Shown piece by piece: positions 1 through 7,816 of a DNA stretch of 8,262 nucleotides (its first letter is position 1; each line of letters begins with the position of its first letter). The stretch lies in the NCBI RefSeq assembly GCF_012571345.1, contig NZ_CP046218.1:46906-55167 (forward strand), in the 5' to 3' direction. Source of the DNA: Candidatus Saccharimonadota bacterium. Lineage in GTDB: Bacteria > Pseudomonadota > Gammaproteobacteria > Enterobacterales > Enterobacteriaceae. The position numbers were made by a program, and so were the translations under genes. Below the pieces are notes generated by a model that was not told the origin of the DNA, made no database searches, and was given only the letters and a program-made list of their open reading frames with translations.

Positions 1-453
1 CAAAAATCAGCGCACAGAGCACTACATTATATGGGTTTACAAGAAGGAATGAAATTAATAAATCTAAAAATAGACAAAGTATTTATTGGATCATGTACTA
101 ATTCAAGAATTGAAGATTTAAGATCTGCAGCAAAAATTATTTATGGAAAACATATTACAAATACAGTACAAGCTATTATTGTACCAGGATCACAAATAGT
201 AAAAAAACAAGCAGAAAGAGAAGGGTTAGATAAAATTTTTAAAAATGCTGGTTTTGAATGGAGATTACCAGGATGTTCTATGTGTTTAGCTATGAACGAA
301 GATAAATTATTACCTGGCGAACGCTGTGCTTCTACTAGTAATAGAAATTTTGAAAGTCGTCAGGGAATAAATAGTCGAACACATTTAGTTAGTCCATTAA
401 TGGCTGCTGCAGCAGCAATTAATGGTTATTTTATTGATATACGTAATTTATAA
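1..453 (+). CDS. leuC: 3-isopropylmalate dehydratase large subunit (LeuC), 3' portion; 5' end lies outside the window
   Basis: Frame 1 is open from base 1 ([16 protein letters not shown]...), so the ATG at 31 is internal. The translation matches the C-terminal third of E. coli LeuC nearly colinearly: [32 protein letters not shown] (Fe-S cluster cysteines), [33 protein letters not shown]. Stop TAA at 451-453. Confidence 0.95.
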   Translation, partial: QKSAHRALHYMGLQEGMKLINLKIDKVFIGSCTNSRIEDLRSAAKIIYGKHITNTVQAIIVPGSQIVKKQAEREGLDKIFKNAGFEWRLPGCSMCLAMNEDKLLPGERCASTSNRNFESRQGINSRTHLVSPLMAAAAAINGYFIDIRNL

Positions 454-457
454 ACAT

Positions 458-1057
458 ATGAAAAAAATACAATTAAAATATATAGGTGTTATTGCTCCTT
501 TAGATATTTCTAATATTGATACTGATGCGATTATACCTAAACAATTTTTACAAAAAAATATTAAACATGGTTTTGGTAAATATTTATTTTATTATTGGCG
601 ATATATAAATAAGAACCAAATAAATCCTAAATTTATTTTAAATCAACAAAAATTTAAAAATGCAAATATACTCTTAACTAGAGATAATTTTGGATGTGGA
701 TCATCTCGAGAACATGCTTTATGGGCTTTAATAGATTATGGCATTAAAGTTATTATCGCATCTAGTTATGCAGATATATTTTATAATAATGCTATAAATA
801 ACAAATTATTATTAATTATATTATCAAAAAAAGATATTAATAAATTATTTCTTATTATTAAAGAACAACCTGGCATTACTTGTGTAATTAATATACAAGA
901 CAAAATTATTAACATAGCAAATAAATATTTTTCTTTTCATATTGATAAATATGTTTTGCAATTTATTTTGAATGATGCAGATCAAATAGATATCACCATG
1001 AAATATTATAAAAAAATTAATATTTTTGAACATAAACATCATAGTTTTTTTTCATAA
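458..1057 (+). CDS. leuD: 3-isopropylmalate dehydratase small subunit (LeuD)
   Basis: Homology to E. coli LeuD begins at the in-frame ATG at 458 ([32 protein letters not shown] versus E. coli ...[26 protein letters not shown]). Also conserved: [29 protein letters not shown].N. Length 199 aa versus about 201 in E. coli. The start lies 4 nt after the leuC stop. The ORF-track start at 422 would overlap leuC and adds unmatched residues. Confidence 0.93.
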   Translation: [199 protein letters not shown]

Positions 1058-1074
1058 AATATGAGAATAATAAT

Positions 1075-1734
1075 ATGCGTATAATTTTATTAGGTGCTCC
1101 AGGTGTTGGTAAAGGAACACATGCTAGATTTATATCAGAAAAATATAATTTGCCTCATATTTCTATTGGTAATATTTTACGTAATTGTATATCAAATCAT
1201 GATTCTATTATGTCACAAAAAATTAAAAAATATATTAATAATGGATTAATGGTTCCTGATAATATTACTATACAAATTATTAAAAAACGTTTATCTAATA
1301 TAGATTGCAAAAAAGGTTTTTTATTAGACGGATATCCTAGGAATATAATACAAGCAAATATTTTAGAAAAAGAAAATATTAAAATTGATAATATTATTGA
1401 AATATATATCCCTTATAGTCAAATTATTACAAGAATTTTAGGACGACGTATACATGATCCTTCTGGACGTACTTATCATGTTATTTTTAATCCTCCTAAA
1501 ATTTTTGGGAAAGATGATATAACAGGAGAACCGCTAATTCGTAGAATAGATGATAATATTCAAACAATTAATTATCGTTTAAAAGAATATTTTAAACAAA
1601 CTCAACCTTTAATACAATACTATCGTAAACAAGTATATAAAAAAGATTTTTTATATAAAAAAATTAACAATACTTTATCCATAATAGAAGTAAAAAATGA
1701 AATCGATCATTTTTTACAAAAAAATATACGTTAA
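1075..1734 (+). CDS. adk: adenylate kinase
   Basis: MRIILLGAPGVGKGT (P-loop) is identical in register to E. coli Adk MRIILLGAPGAGKGT. Also GFLLDGYPR, GRRIH.PSGR.YH..FNPPK..GKDD.TGE.L..R.DD (LID region). Length 219 aa versus 214. The TAA stop at 1732-1734 is followed by two further in-frame TAA codons. The start is only 17 nt after the leuD stop. Confidence 0.97.
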   Translation: MRIILLGAPGVGKGTHARFISEKYNLPHISIGNILRNCISNHDSIMSQKIKKYINNGLMVPDNITIQIIKKRLSNIDCKKGFLLDGYPRNIIQANILEKENIKIDNIIEIYIPYSQIITRILGRRIHDPSGRTYHVIFNPPKIFGKDDITGEPLIRRIDDNIQTINYRLKEYFKQTQPLIQYYRKQVYKKDFLYKKINNTLSIIEVKNEIDHFLQKNIR

Positions 1735-1824
1735 TAATAACATTATCATATTTAAATAATGAAAATTATGGTTTATTTATTTTAAATTTGTTAATATAGC
1801 TTATACGATTATATTTAATTATAT

Positions 1825-1828
1825 AGGT
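1825..1828 (+). promoter_or_regulatory. candidate Shine-Dalgarno (AGGT) for dapA
   Basis: AGGT lies 9 nt upstream of the dapA ATG at 1838 and is one of the few G-containing motifs in the 103 bp spacer. It is weak and short. Confidence 0.35.
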
Positions 1829-1837
1829 TACAATTTA

Positions 1838-2716
1838 ATGTTCACTGGATGTATTGTTGCACTTATTACTCCTATGGATATGAAAGGTAATATTTGTAAA
1901 ATTAGTCTTAATAAACTTATTCAATACCATATTCATAATGGTACTAATGCCATAGTTGTTATGGGAACAACTGGTGAATCATCTACATTAAACTACCATG
2001 AGTATATTAAAACCATTATGTGGACATTAGAGTTATCAAAAAACAAAATACCAATTATTGCAGGAACAGGATTCAATAATACATTTAAAAGTATTAAAAT
2101 AATATCAGCTTTAGAAAATACTGGCATTATAGGATGTTTAAATGTAACACCGTATTATAATAAACCTACACAAGAAGGTTTATATAAACATTTTAAAACT
2201 ATTGCGCATAGTACTAATTTACCACAAATATTATATAATGTACCACAACGTACTGGATGTGATTTATTACCAGAAACTGTATATCGTTTATCTAAAATTT
2301 CGAATATAATAGGCATTAAAGAAGCTACAGGCGACTTATCTCGTGTTAATCAAATTAAAAATTTAGTACATAAAAATTTTTTTTTACTTAGTGGTGATGA
2401 TAGTACATCTTACGAATTTATGTTATTAGGTGGTCATGGTATAATTTCTGTTACTGCTAATATTGCTGCACAATATATGAAACGATTTATAAAGTATATG
2501 AAACATCATCAGCTTGATAAAGCTAGAATAATAAATAAAATACTAATGCCGTTACACAAAACATTATTTCTTGAAACCAATCCTATACCTGTAAAATGGG
2601 CTGCAAAAAGAATGGGGTTAATTAATAGTAGTTTTATGCGGTTGCCTTTAACAACTTGTACTCTTAAAAATCAAAATATTATAGAAACCATATTAAAACA
2701 ATTAAAACTAATATAA
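1838..2716 (+). CDS. dapA: 4-hydroxy-tetrahydrodipicolinate synthase (dihydrodipicolinate synthase, DapA)
   Basis: 292 aa, the same length as E. coli DapA and alignable without gaps by eye: MFTG.IVA..TPMD.KGN.C, GTTGES.TL, IPIIAGTG, TPYYN.P.QEGLY.HFK.IA, LPQILYNVP.RTGCDLLPETV.RL, NIIGIKEATG.L.RVNQIK (Schiff-base Lys161), LLSGDD, GGHG.ISVTAN, NPIPVKWA. Stop TAA at 2714-2716. Confidence 0.97.
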   Translation: MFTGCIVALITPMDMKGNICKISLNKLIQYHIHNGTNAIVVMGTTGESSTLNYHEYIKTIMWTLELSKNKIPIIAGTGFNNTFKSIKIISALENTGIIGCLNVTPYYNKPTQEGLYKHFKTIAHSTNLPQILYNVPQRTGCDLLPETVYRLSKISNIIGIKEATGDLSRVNQIKNLVHKNFFLLSGDDSTSYEFMLLGGHGIISVTANIAAQYMKRFIKYMKHHQLDKARIINKILMPLHKTLFLETNPIPVKWAAKRMGLINSSFMRLPLTTCTLKNQNIIETILKQLKLI

Positions 2717-4771
2717 TTGTGTTAAATCTATTACTTTTGATAAATATTGTTGTATTTGATATAGTATAGTGATTCTATTTTTTTTCAATTGTACATTTTG
2801 ATGATTAATTATAACATTTTGGAAAAATGTATTTATAGGATAATATAATTCTGATAGAATTAATAATATATTATAATGTTCATAATGGTTTATTTTAACA
2901 TTTATGATTTTTGATAATTTTTTTATATGATTCATTAAAATTAATTCTTCTTTAAGAAGAATTAATTGTGGATTAATATCATTACAAATGAATTGTTTAT
3001 ATTGGACAATAACTTTATTAATTCTTTTATGAGTTAAAATAAGTAATTTACCTTGTTTTTTTTCTAATGTAAAAAATTTACTTACAGTACGTATAATATG
3101 ATCCATTAATAATGGTTTTGTAATTTTACTCTTTAAAATAGTGGTAACTATTTCTGGTTGGAATTTTAATGATACATACCAAGTTTTACATCTTTGTAAC
3201 ATAAATGTTATTAATTCTAATATTAATTTATTTTTATTACATTGTAATTGATATAATGTGATTACAAAATCAATTAATTTATATAAATCTAAATTAAATT
3301 TATTTTGTATAATAATACGTATAATAGTTAAAGCTATTTTTTTTAATGCATAAGGATCCTTATTACTTGTAGGTAATAACATGATACTAAACATGCCTAC
3401 TAATGTATCAATTTTATCAGAAATAAATAAAATACATGAAATATCATAAGATGGAATTTGAGAGTACATATTATATTTATACTGATCATATAATGCTTGT
3501 ATAATGGATGGATGTTCTTGATTATATTTAGCATAGTACATACCAATAATACCTTGTAAATCGGCAAACTCATTAACCATTTGTGTTGCTAAATCACATT
3601 TAGATAATAAACTAGCTTTTATGCAATGTATAGTATTACATTGTAAATTATATGATAAATATGTAGAAATTTTTTTTATGCGTATTGTTTTATCAAATAA
3701 AGTACCTAATTGATTATGAAAAGTAATATTTTTTAAATGTTTTAAATATTGTACTAATTTTATTTGTGTATCTTGATAGAAAAAAAAATTAACATCTTGA
3801 AAACGCGCATGCAAAACTCTTTCATATTCTTGAATAATATGATTATTAGTGTTATTTATATTAATAATAAATAAAAAATAAGGTAATAATTGATTTTTAT
3901 TATTATAAATAGGAACATATCTTTGATATTTTTCCATAACATAAACTAATATTTCTTTTGGCAATGTTAAAAATTTTTTATGTATTGTCCCTACTAAAAC
4001 TATAGGCCATTCAACCATAGCTGTTAACATATTTAAAAAATCTAATGATAATTTTACTAAACCATGTTTTTTTTTAGCATGATATTGAATATCATTAAAA
4101 ATTTTATTTTTTCTTTTAGTAAAATCAACAATAATATGTCCAACATTATATAATTTATCTTCATAGTCTTGTGCATGTAATAAATTAATATTTTTATTTT
4201 TATATAAAAAACGATGACCGCAAATAATATTATTAGTCGGAATATTTAATATATTAATTGGAATAAATTCTTTATCTAATAATACACATATATTCCTAAT
4301 AGGACGAATAAATTTAAATGTATTATGCCAATACATAGAATGAGGTATAGCTATCTTAGTAAGAGTATTAATTAAGCATTTTGATAATAAATCTTTAATA
4401 TGTGAACCAATCATATGTTTTTCATAAAAAATATAATTATTATGATATGTAATGTTTTTTAAATTGGTTATTTGATACTTATGTAACCATAATTTTACGA
4501 TTGTTAAATCAAAAATATTTTTTTGATTTGCAACGATATATGGTCCTTTAATTTTTAAATAATAATTATTTTGTATAGGATTTAAACTTAAAATTTTTAT
4601 AGCAATTCTTCTATGTGTCATAAAAAAATTTATTTTTTTATATTGAAAATGATGTACATCATGTATTTCATACGTTAAATTTTTAACTATAATTTTGGTA
4701 AGTTTTAATAAAACATAAGATGGTATATCTTCAATAAAAATTTCTATTAATAAAGTAGTTGTTTTATACAT
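2708..4771 (-). CDS. glyS: glycine--tRNA ligase beta subunit (GlyS)
   Basis: 687 aa versus 689 in E. coli GlyS, with colinear matches: LLIEI..E.IP (N-terminus), RGHRF (here CGHRF), VEWP.VL, Y.MEKYQRY.P.Y, LSKCDLATQMV.EF...QG.MG.YYA, DK.DTL.G.F, KDP.AL.. and NLDL. ATG at 4769-4771 (minus strand), stop TAG at 2708-2710. It lies 32 nt downstream of glyQ, the ancestral glyQS arrangement. Confidence 0.95.
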   Translation of the reverse strand: MYKTTTLLIEIFIEDIPSYVLLKLTKIIVKNLTYEIHDVHHFQYKKINFFMTHRRIAIKILSLNPIQNNYYLKIKGPYIVANQKNIFDLTIVKLWLHKYQITNLKNITYHNNYIFYEKHMIGSHIKDLLSKCLINTLTKIAIPHSMYWHNTFKFIRPIRNICVLLDKEFIPINILNIPTNNIICGHRFLYKNKNINLLHAQDYEDKLYNVGHIIVDFTKRKNKIFNDIQYHAKKKHGLVKLSLDFLNMLTAMVEWPIVLVGTIHKKFLTLPKEILVYVMEKYQRYVPIYNNKNQLLPYFLFIININNTNNHIIQEYERVLHARFQDVNFFFYQDTQIKLVQYLKHLKNITFHNQLGTLFDKTIRIKKISTYLSYNLQCNTIHCIKASLLSKCDLATQMVNEFADLQGIIGMYYAKYNQEHPSIIQALYDQYKYNMYSQIPSYDISCILFISDKIDTLVGMFSIMLLPTSNKDPYALKKIALTIIRIIIQNKFNLDLYKLIDFVITLYQLQCNKNKLILELITFMLQRCKTWYVSLKFQPEIVTTILKSKITKPLLMDHIIRTVSKFFTLEKKQGKLLILTHKRINKVIVQYKQFICNDINPQLILLKEELILMNHIKKLSKIINVKINHYEHYNILLILSELYYPINTFFQNVIINHQNVQLKKNRITILYQIQQYLSKVIDLTQLY

Positions 4772-4803
4772 ACAAATATATACCTTGTTGATAAAAAATA
4801 TAA

Positions 4804-5682
4804 CTATCCATTATTATCATAATATTGTTTAACGATATCTTTAGTCATATTACGTAATTTTAATATATATCTTTTGCGTTCTGTAAAAGAAAAAAATTTT
4901 CTAGATTCTAACAAATTAAAACAATGTGAAGCTTTCAAAAGTTGATTATATGCAGGGAAAATTAATGATGGTTTTAATTTTAATAAAAAAACAATTTCTG
5001 TCATATAATGTTGAAATGAATTAACTAAAAAATTAGTATCAGCATAATTAAAATTATATTTAGAATATTCCTTTTCATTTTGATAAAATAAATCACGATA
5101 TGTAATACATGTTCCCATACTTTTAGACCAAATTAAATCAAAAATATTATTAATATTCTGGATATGCATACCTAACCTTTCCAGACCATATGTAATTTCA
5201 CCTGTTATAGGTTGACATTTTAATCCACCAATTTTTTGAAAATAAGTAAATTGTGTAACTTCTATACCATTTAATAATATTTCCCAACCAACACCATAAG
5301 CTCCTAAAGTTGGATTTTCCCAATTATCTTCTATAAAAGTAATATTATTATTTTTACAGTCTATATTTAATGATTTTAATGAATGTATATATAAATCTTG
5401 TATATTACATGGTGGTGGTTTTAACATAACTTGAAATTGATAATATTGTTGCAAACGATTAGGATTATTCCCATATCGACCATCTGCAGGTCTTTTAGAT
5501 AATTGTACATAAGCTATATTATATGGTTTTTTACCAATAGCATACAAACATGTCATAGGATGTGATGTACCAGCACCTACTTCAGTATCTATAGGCTGTA
5601 ATATTATACAGCCTTGTTGGGCCCAATATTTTTGCAAAATAAATATCATCCCTTGAAAAGTTTTTTCAGAAAAATGTGTCAT
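4804..5682 (-). CDS. glyQ: glycine--tRNA ligase alpha subunit (GlyQ)
   Basis: Homology to E. coli GlyQ begins at the internal Met of the 369-aa ORF ([44 protein letters not shown] versus E. coli [46 protein letters not shown]). Also [60 protein letters not shown]. That Met is the ATG at 5680-5682 (minus strand), giving 292 aa versus 303. The 77 upstream codons of the ORF-track call have no GlyQ counterpart. Stop TAG at 4804-4806. Confidence 0.93.
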   Translation of the reverse strand: MTHFSEKTFQGMIFILQKYWAQQGCIILQPIDTEVGAGTSHPMTCLYAIGKKPYNIAYVQLSKRPADGRYGNNPNRLQQYYQFQVMLKPPPCNIQDLYIHSLKSLNIDCKNNNITFIEDNWENPTLGAYGVGWEILLNGIEVTQFTYFQKIGGLKCQPITGEITYGLERLGMHIQNINNIFDLIWSKSMGTCITYRDLFYQNEKEYSKYNFNYADTNFLVNSFQHYMTEIVFLLKLKPSLIFPAYNQLLKASHCFNLLESRKFFSFTERKRYILKLRNMTKDIVKQYYDNNG

Positions 5683-5723
5683 AATAATATATTTAACTTT
5701 AAATGTTATTAAATTGTGTTTTT

Positions 5724-5752
5724 TTGATATAAAATACATAATTAAATATAAA
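5724..5752 (+). promoter_or_regulatory. candidate sigma-70-type promoter for the fieF-pfkA-rplY string (TTGATA-N17-TATAAA)
   Basis: TTGATA (5724-5729, 5/6 to TTGACA), an exact 17 nt spacer, then TATAAA (5747-5752, 5/6 to TATAAT). It lies in the only spacer from which the + strand genes can be initiated. Such matches arise easily by chance in sequence this AT-rich, so this is a positional guess only. Confidence 0.25.
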
Positions 5753-5855
5753 TTTAACATATTTTTTATATAATACATATGTATGTTACAGTAATCTGTT
5801 ATTATTTTTCTAAAAAATAACATGTTTGTATTATATGATACACAACAATATACAG

Positions 5856-5860
5856 AAGGA
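5856..5860 (+). promoter_or_regulatory. candidate Shine-Dalgarno (AAGGA) for fieF
   Basis: AAGGA lies 6 nt upstream of the ATG at 5867. This supports 5867 rather than the ORF-track ATG at 5822 as the fieF start. Confidence 0.45.
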
Positions 5861-5866
5861 ATATTT

Positions 5867-6805
5867 ATGAATTTTATCTTTAAAAAACTTTTTTTAAAAC
5901 ATAAGACAACCAATTATAATACATTGGTTGTACGAATAACATATTGTGCTATACTAGTATCTTTTATATTATTAATACTTAAAATAATAGCATGGGAATA
6001 TACACATTCTATTAGTATGTTAGCATCTTTTATTGATTCGTTAATTGATATAACTTCATCTACAATTAATTTATTAATTTTATACTATTCGTTACAACCT
6101 GCTGATTTTCAGCATTCTTTTGGTCATGGTAAAGCCGAATCATTATCTGCGTTGACACAAAGTGTGTTTATTTGCGGCACAGCAATTATTTTATTTATAC
6201 ATAGTATTAAATACTATTCACATCCTATACATCTAATACATCCAACTATTGGCATTATTGTTATTATTTTTTCATTTTTTTCTACATTATTATTAGTAAT
6301 GTTACAAAAAAAAGTTATTAAACAAACTAATAGTCAATCTACACATGCAAATATGTTACATTATCAATCTGATATTTTAATCAATAGCGCAGTATTATTC
6401 GCATTTATATGTAATATATATAATATTAATACAGCAGATCCATTAATAACATTATGTATTAGTATATTAATATTTGTTAATGCTACTAAAATAGTATATA
6501 AATCTATTCAATCATTATTAGATCAATCATTACCTGATTATGAAAAAAAAATTATTATGAATTTAATTAATTCTTGGCCTAAAGTATTAGGTGCACATGA
6601 ATTAAAAACTAGACAATCAGGACCAACTAGATTTATACAATTACATTTAGTATTAGATGATAAACTATCTTTATTAGAAGCACATGCAATTGCAGAAGAA
6701 ATAGAGTTAGCATTAGGTAAAAAATTTCCATATTCAGAAATACTCATTCATCAAGATCCATATTCTATAGTTCCTAAACATAATCAAGGTTTTTTCCAAA
6801 ATTAA
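5867..6805 (+). CDS. fieF: cation diffusion facilitator family Fe(II)/Zn(II) efflux transporter (FieF/YiiP)
   Basis: Colinear with E. coli FieF (300 aa; here 312 aa from the ATG at 5867): IDSLIDI (D45/D49), [18 protein letters not shown] (D68/H71/H75), MLHYQSDI (H153/D157), [33 protein letters not shown]. The start is chosen from the alignment (E. coli Y5 aligns 17 residues after this Met) and the AAGGA motif. Stop TAA at 6803-6805. The fieF-pfkA adjacency is the same as in E. coli. Confidence 0.9.
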   Translation: MNFIFKKLFLKHKTTNYNTLVVRITYCAILVSFILLILKIIAWEYTHSISMLASFIDSLIDITSSTINLLILYYSLQPADFQHSFGHGKAESLSALTQSVFICGTAIILFIHSIKYYSHPIHLIHPTIGIIVIIFSFFSTLLLVMLQKKVIKQTNSQSTHANMLHYQSDILINSAVLFAFICNIYNINTADPLITLCISILIFVNATKIVYKSIQSLLDQSLPDYEKKIIMNLINSWPKVLGAHELKTRQSGPTRFIQLHLVLDDKLSLLEAHAIAEEIELALGKKFPYSEILIHQDPYSIVPKHNQGFFQN

Positions 6806-6815
6806 TATATTATAA

Positions 6816-6820
6816 AAGGT
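6816..6820 (+). promoter_or_regulatory. candidate Shine-Dalgarno (AAGGT) for pfkA
   Basis: AAGGT lies 7 nt upstream of the pfkA ATG at 6828, inside the 22 nt fieF-pfkA spacer. Confidence 0.4.
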
Positions 6821-6827
6821 TACTTCT

Positions 6828-7790
6828 ATGATTAAAAGAATCGGTGTATTAACCAGTGGTGGCGATGCTCCAGGAATGAATGCTGCTATTAGAGGTATCA
6901 CACGTACTGCTATTGGTAAACAATTAGAAATTTTTGGCATATATAATGGTTATTTAGGTTTATATAATAATAATTTTATTCAATTAAATAGACAAAGTGT
7001 TGCAGATATTATTAATAGAGGAGGTACCTTTTTAGGTTCTGCACGATTCCCACAATTTGCAGACCAACAAGTACGTACTATTGCTATTAATAATATGAAA
7101 GCTAATAATATTGATGCTTTAGTTATTATTGGTGGTGATGGTTCTTATATTGGTGCAAAACTAATCACGGAAATGGGTTTTCCATGCATAGGAATACCTG
7201 GCACAATCGATAATGATGTTGCTGGTACTGATTATAGTATAGGTTATTTTACTGCTTTAGAAACTATTGTACAAGCTATTGATCGTTTAAGGGATACTTC
7301 TTCCTCTCATCAAAGAATCTCATTAGTAGAAATTATGGGCAGACGTTGTGGTGATTTAACATTATCCGCTGCTATTGCTGGAGGATGTGAATTTATTGTA
7401 TTGCCAGAAATTATTTATAATAAATATGATTTAGTACAAGAAATTAGATTAGGAATAGAAAAAGGCAAAAAACATGCAATAGTATTGATCACAGAATTAA
7501 TTTGTGATATTAATGAATTAGCTAAATTCATTGAAAAACACATACAAAGAGAAACTCGAATAACAGTTTTAGGACATATCCAACGGGGTGGAGTTCCTGT
7601 AGCGTATGATCGTATTTTAGCATCAAGAATGGGTACATATGCTGTAGAATTATTATGTAAAGGTTACGGAGGCAGATGTATTGGTATTAAAAATGATATT
7701 ATGGTTCATAATGATATTATTGATGCTATTAAAAATATGAAAAGAGTTTTTAAAAAAGAATTATTTGATACTGCAAAAAAACTATATTAA
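6828..7790 (+). CDS. pfkA: ATP-dependent 6-phosphofructokinase (PfkA)
   Basis: 320 aa, the same length as E. coli PfkA, and ungapped by eye: [176 protein letters not shown] terminus. Confidence 0.97.
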   Translation: MIKRIGVLTSGGDAPGMNAAIRGITRTAIGKQLEIFGIYNGYLGLYNNNFIQLNRQSVADIINRGGTFLGSARFPQFADQQVRTIAINNMKANNIDALVIIGGDGSYIGAKLITEMGFPCIGIPGTIDNDVAGTDYSIGYFTALETIVQAIDRLRDTSSSHQRISLVEIMGRRCGDLTLSAAIAGGCEFIVLPEIIYNKYDLVQEIRLGIEKGKKHAIVLITELICDINELAKFIEKHIQRETRITVLGHIQRGGVPVAYDRILASRMGTYAVELLCKGYGGRCIGIKNDIMVHNDIIDAIKNMKRVFKKELFDTAKKLY

Positions 7791-7816
7791 TTTTTAGTTA
7801 TATAAAGAGTAAGAAA

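Noticed and set aside
422-457. The ORF-track start of leuD at 422 ([12 protein letters not shown]...), overlapping the leuC 3' end by 32 nt
   Set aside because: These 12 residues have no LeuD counterpart. Homology begins exactly at the in-frame ATG at 458, 4 nt after the leuC stop, so the extension is an artefact of taking the first ATG.
845-1042. 65-aa ORF on the minus strand, antisense to leuD
   Set aside because: It lies entirely inside a well-supported gene on the other strand. It is low-complexity (I/N/F/K) with no recognisable family motif, typical of a shadow ORF.
1735-1837. The 103 bp adk-dapA spacer as a possible tRNA, sRNA, riboswitch or promoter (TTGTTA at 1788-1793 with poor -10 candidates)
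   Set aside because: It is far too AT-rich to form tRNA-like or riboswitch helices. The best -35/-10 pairing has only about 3-4 of 6 matches at the -10, no better than chance here. Enterobacterial dapA has no known leader element that I can match.
5617-5626. Perfect 10 bp palindrome TTGGGCCCAA, conspicuously GC-rich for this window
   Set aside because: It falls in glyQ codons for the conserved YWAQQG motif (tat tgg gcc caa caa ggc). The GC content is forced by Trp, Ala and Gly codons, not by a regulatory site.
5822-5866. The upstream ATG at 5822 as the fieF start (ORF-track call, 327 aa)
   Set aside because: The extra 15 residues ([15 protein letters not shown]) extend beyond the E. coli FieF N-terminus. 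This start would also place the AAGGA Shine-Dalgarno-like motif (5856-5860) inside the coding region. The ATG at 5867 fits the alignment and the motif better, although 5822 cannot be formally excluded.
6538-6940. Two overlapping minus-strand ORFs (6538-6747, 69 aa; 6734-6940, 68 aa), antisense to the fieF 3' end and the pfkA 5' end
   Set aside because: Both are antisense to strongly conserved coding sequence ([15 protein letters not shown] and [18 protein letters not shown]). They have no family resemblance and no start context. I regard them as shadow ORFs.
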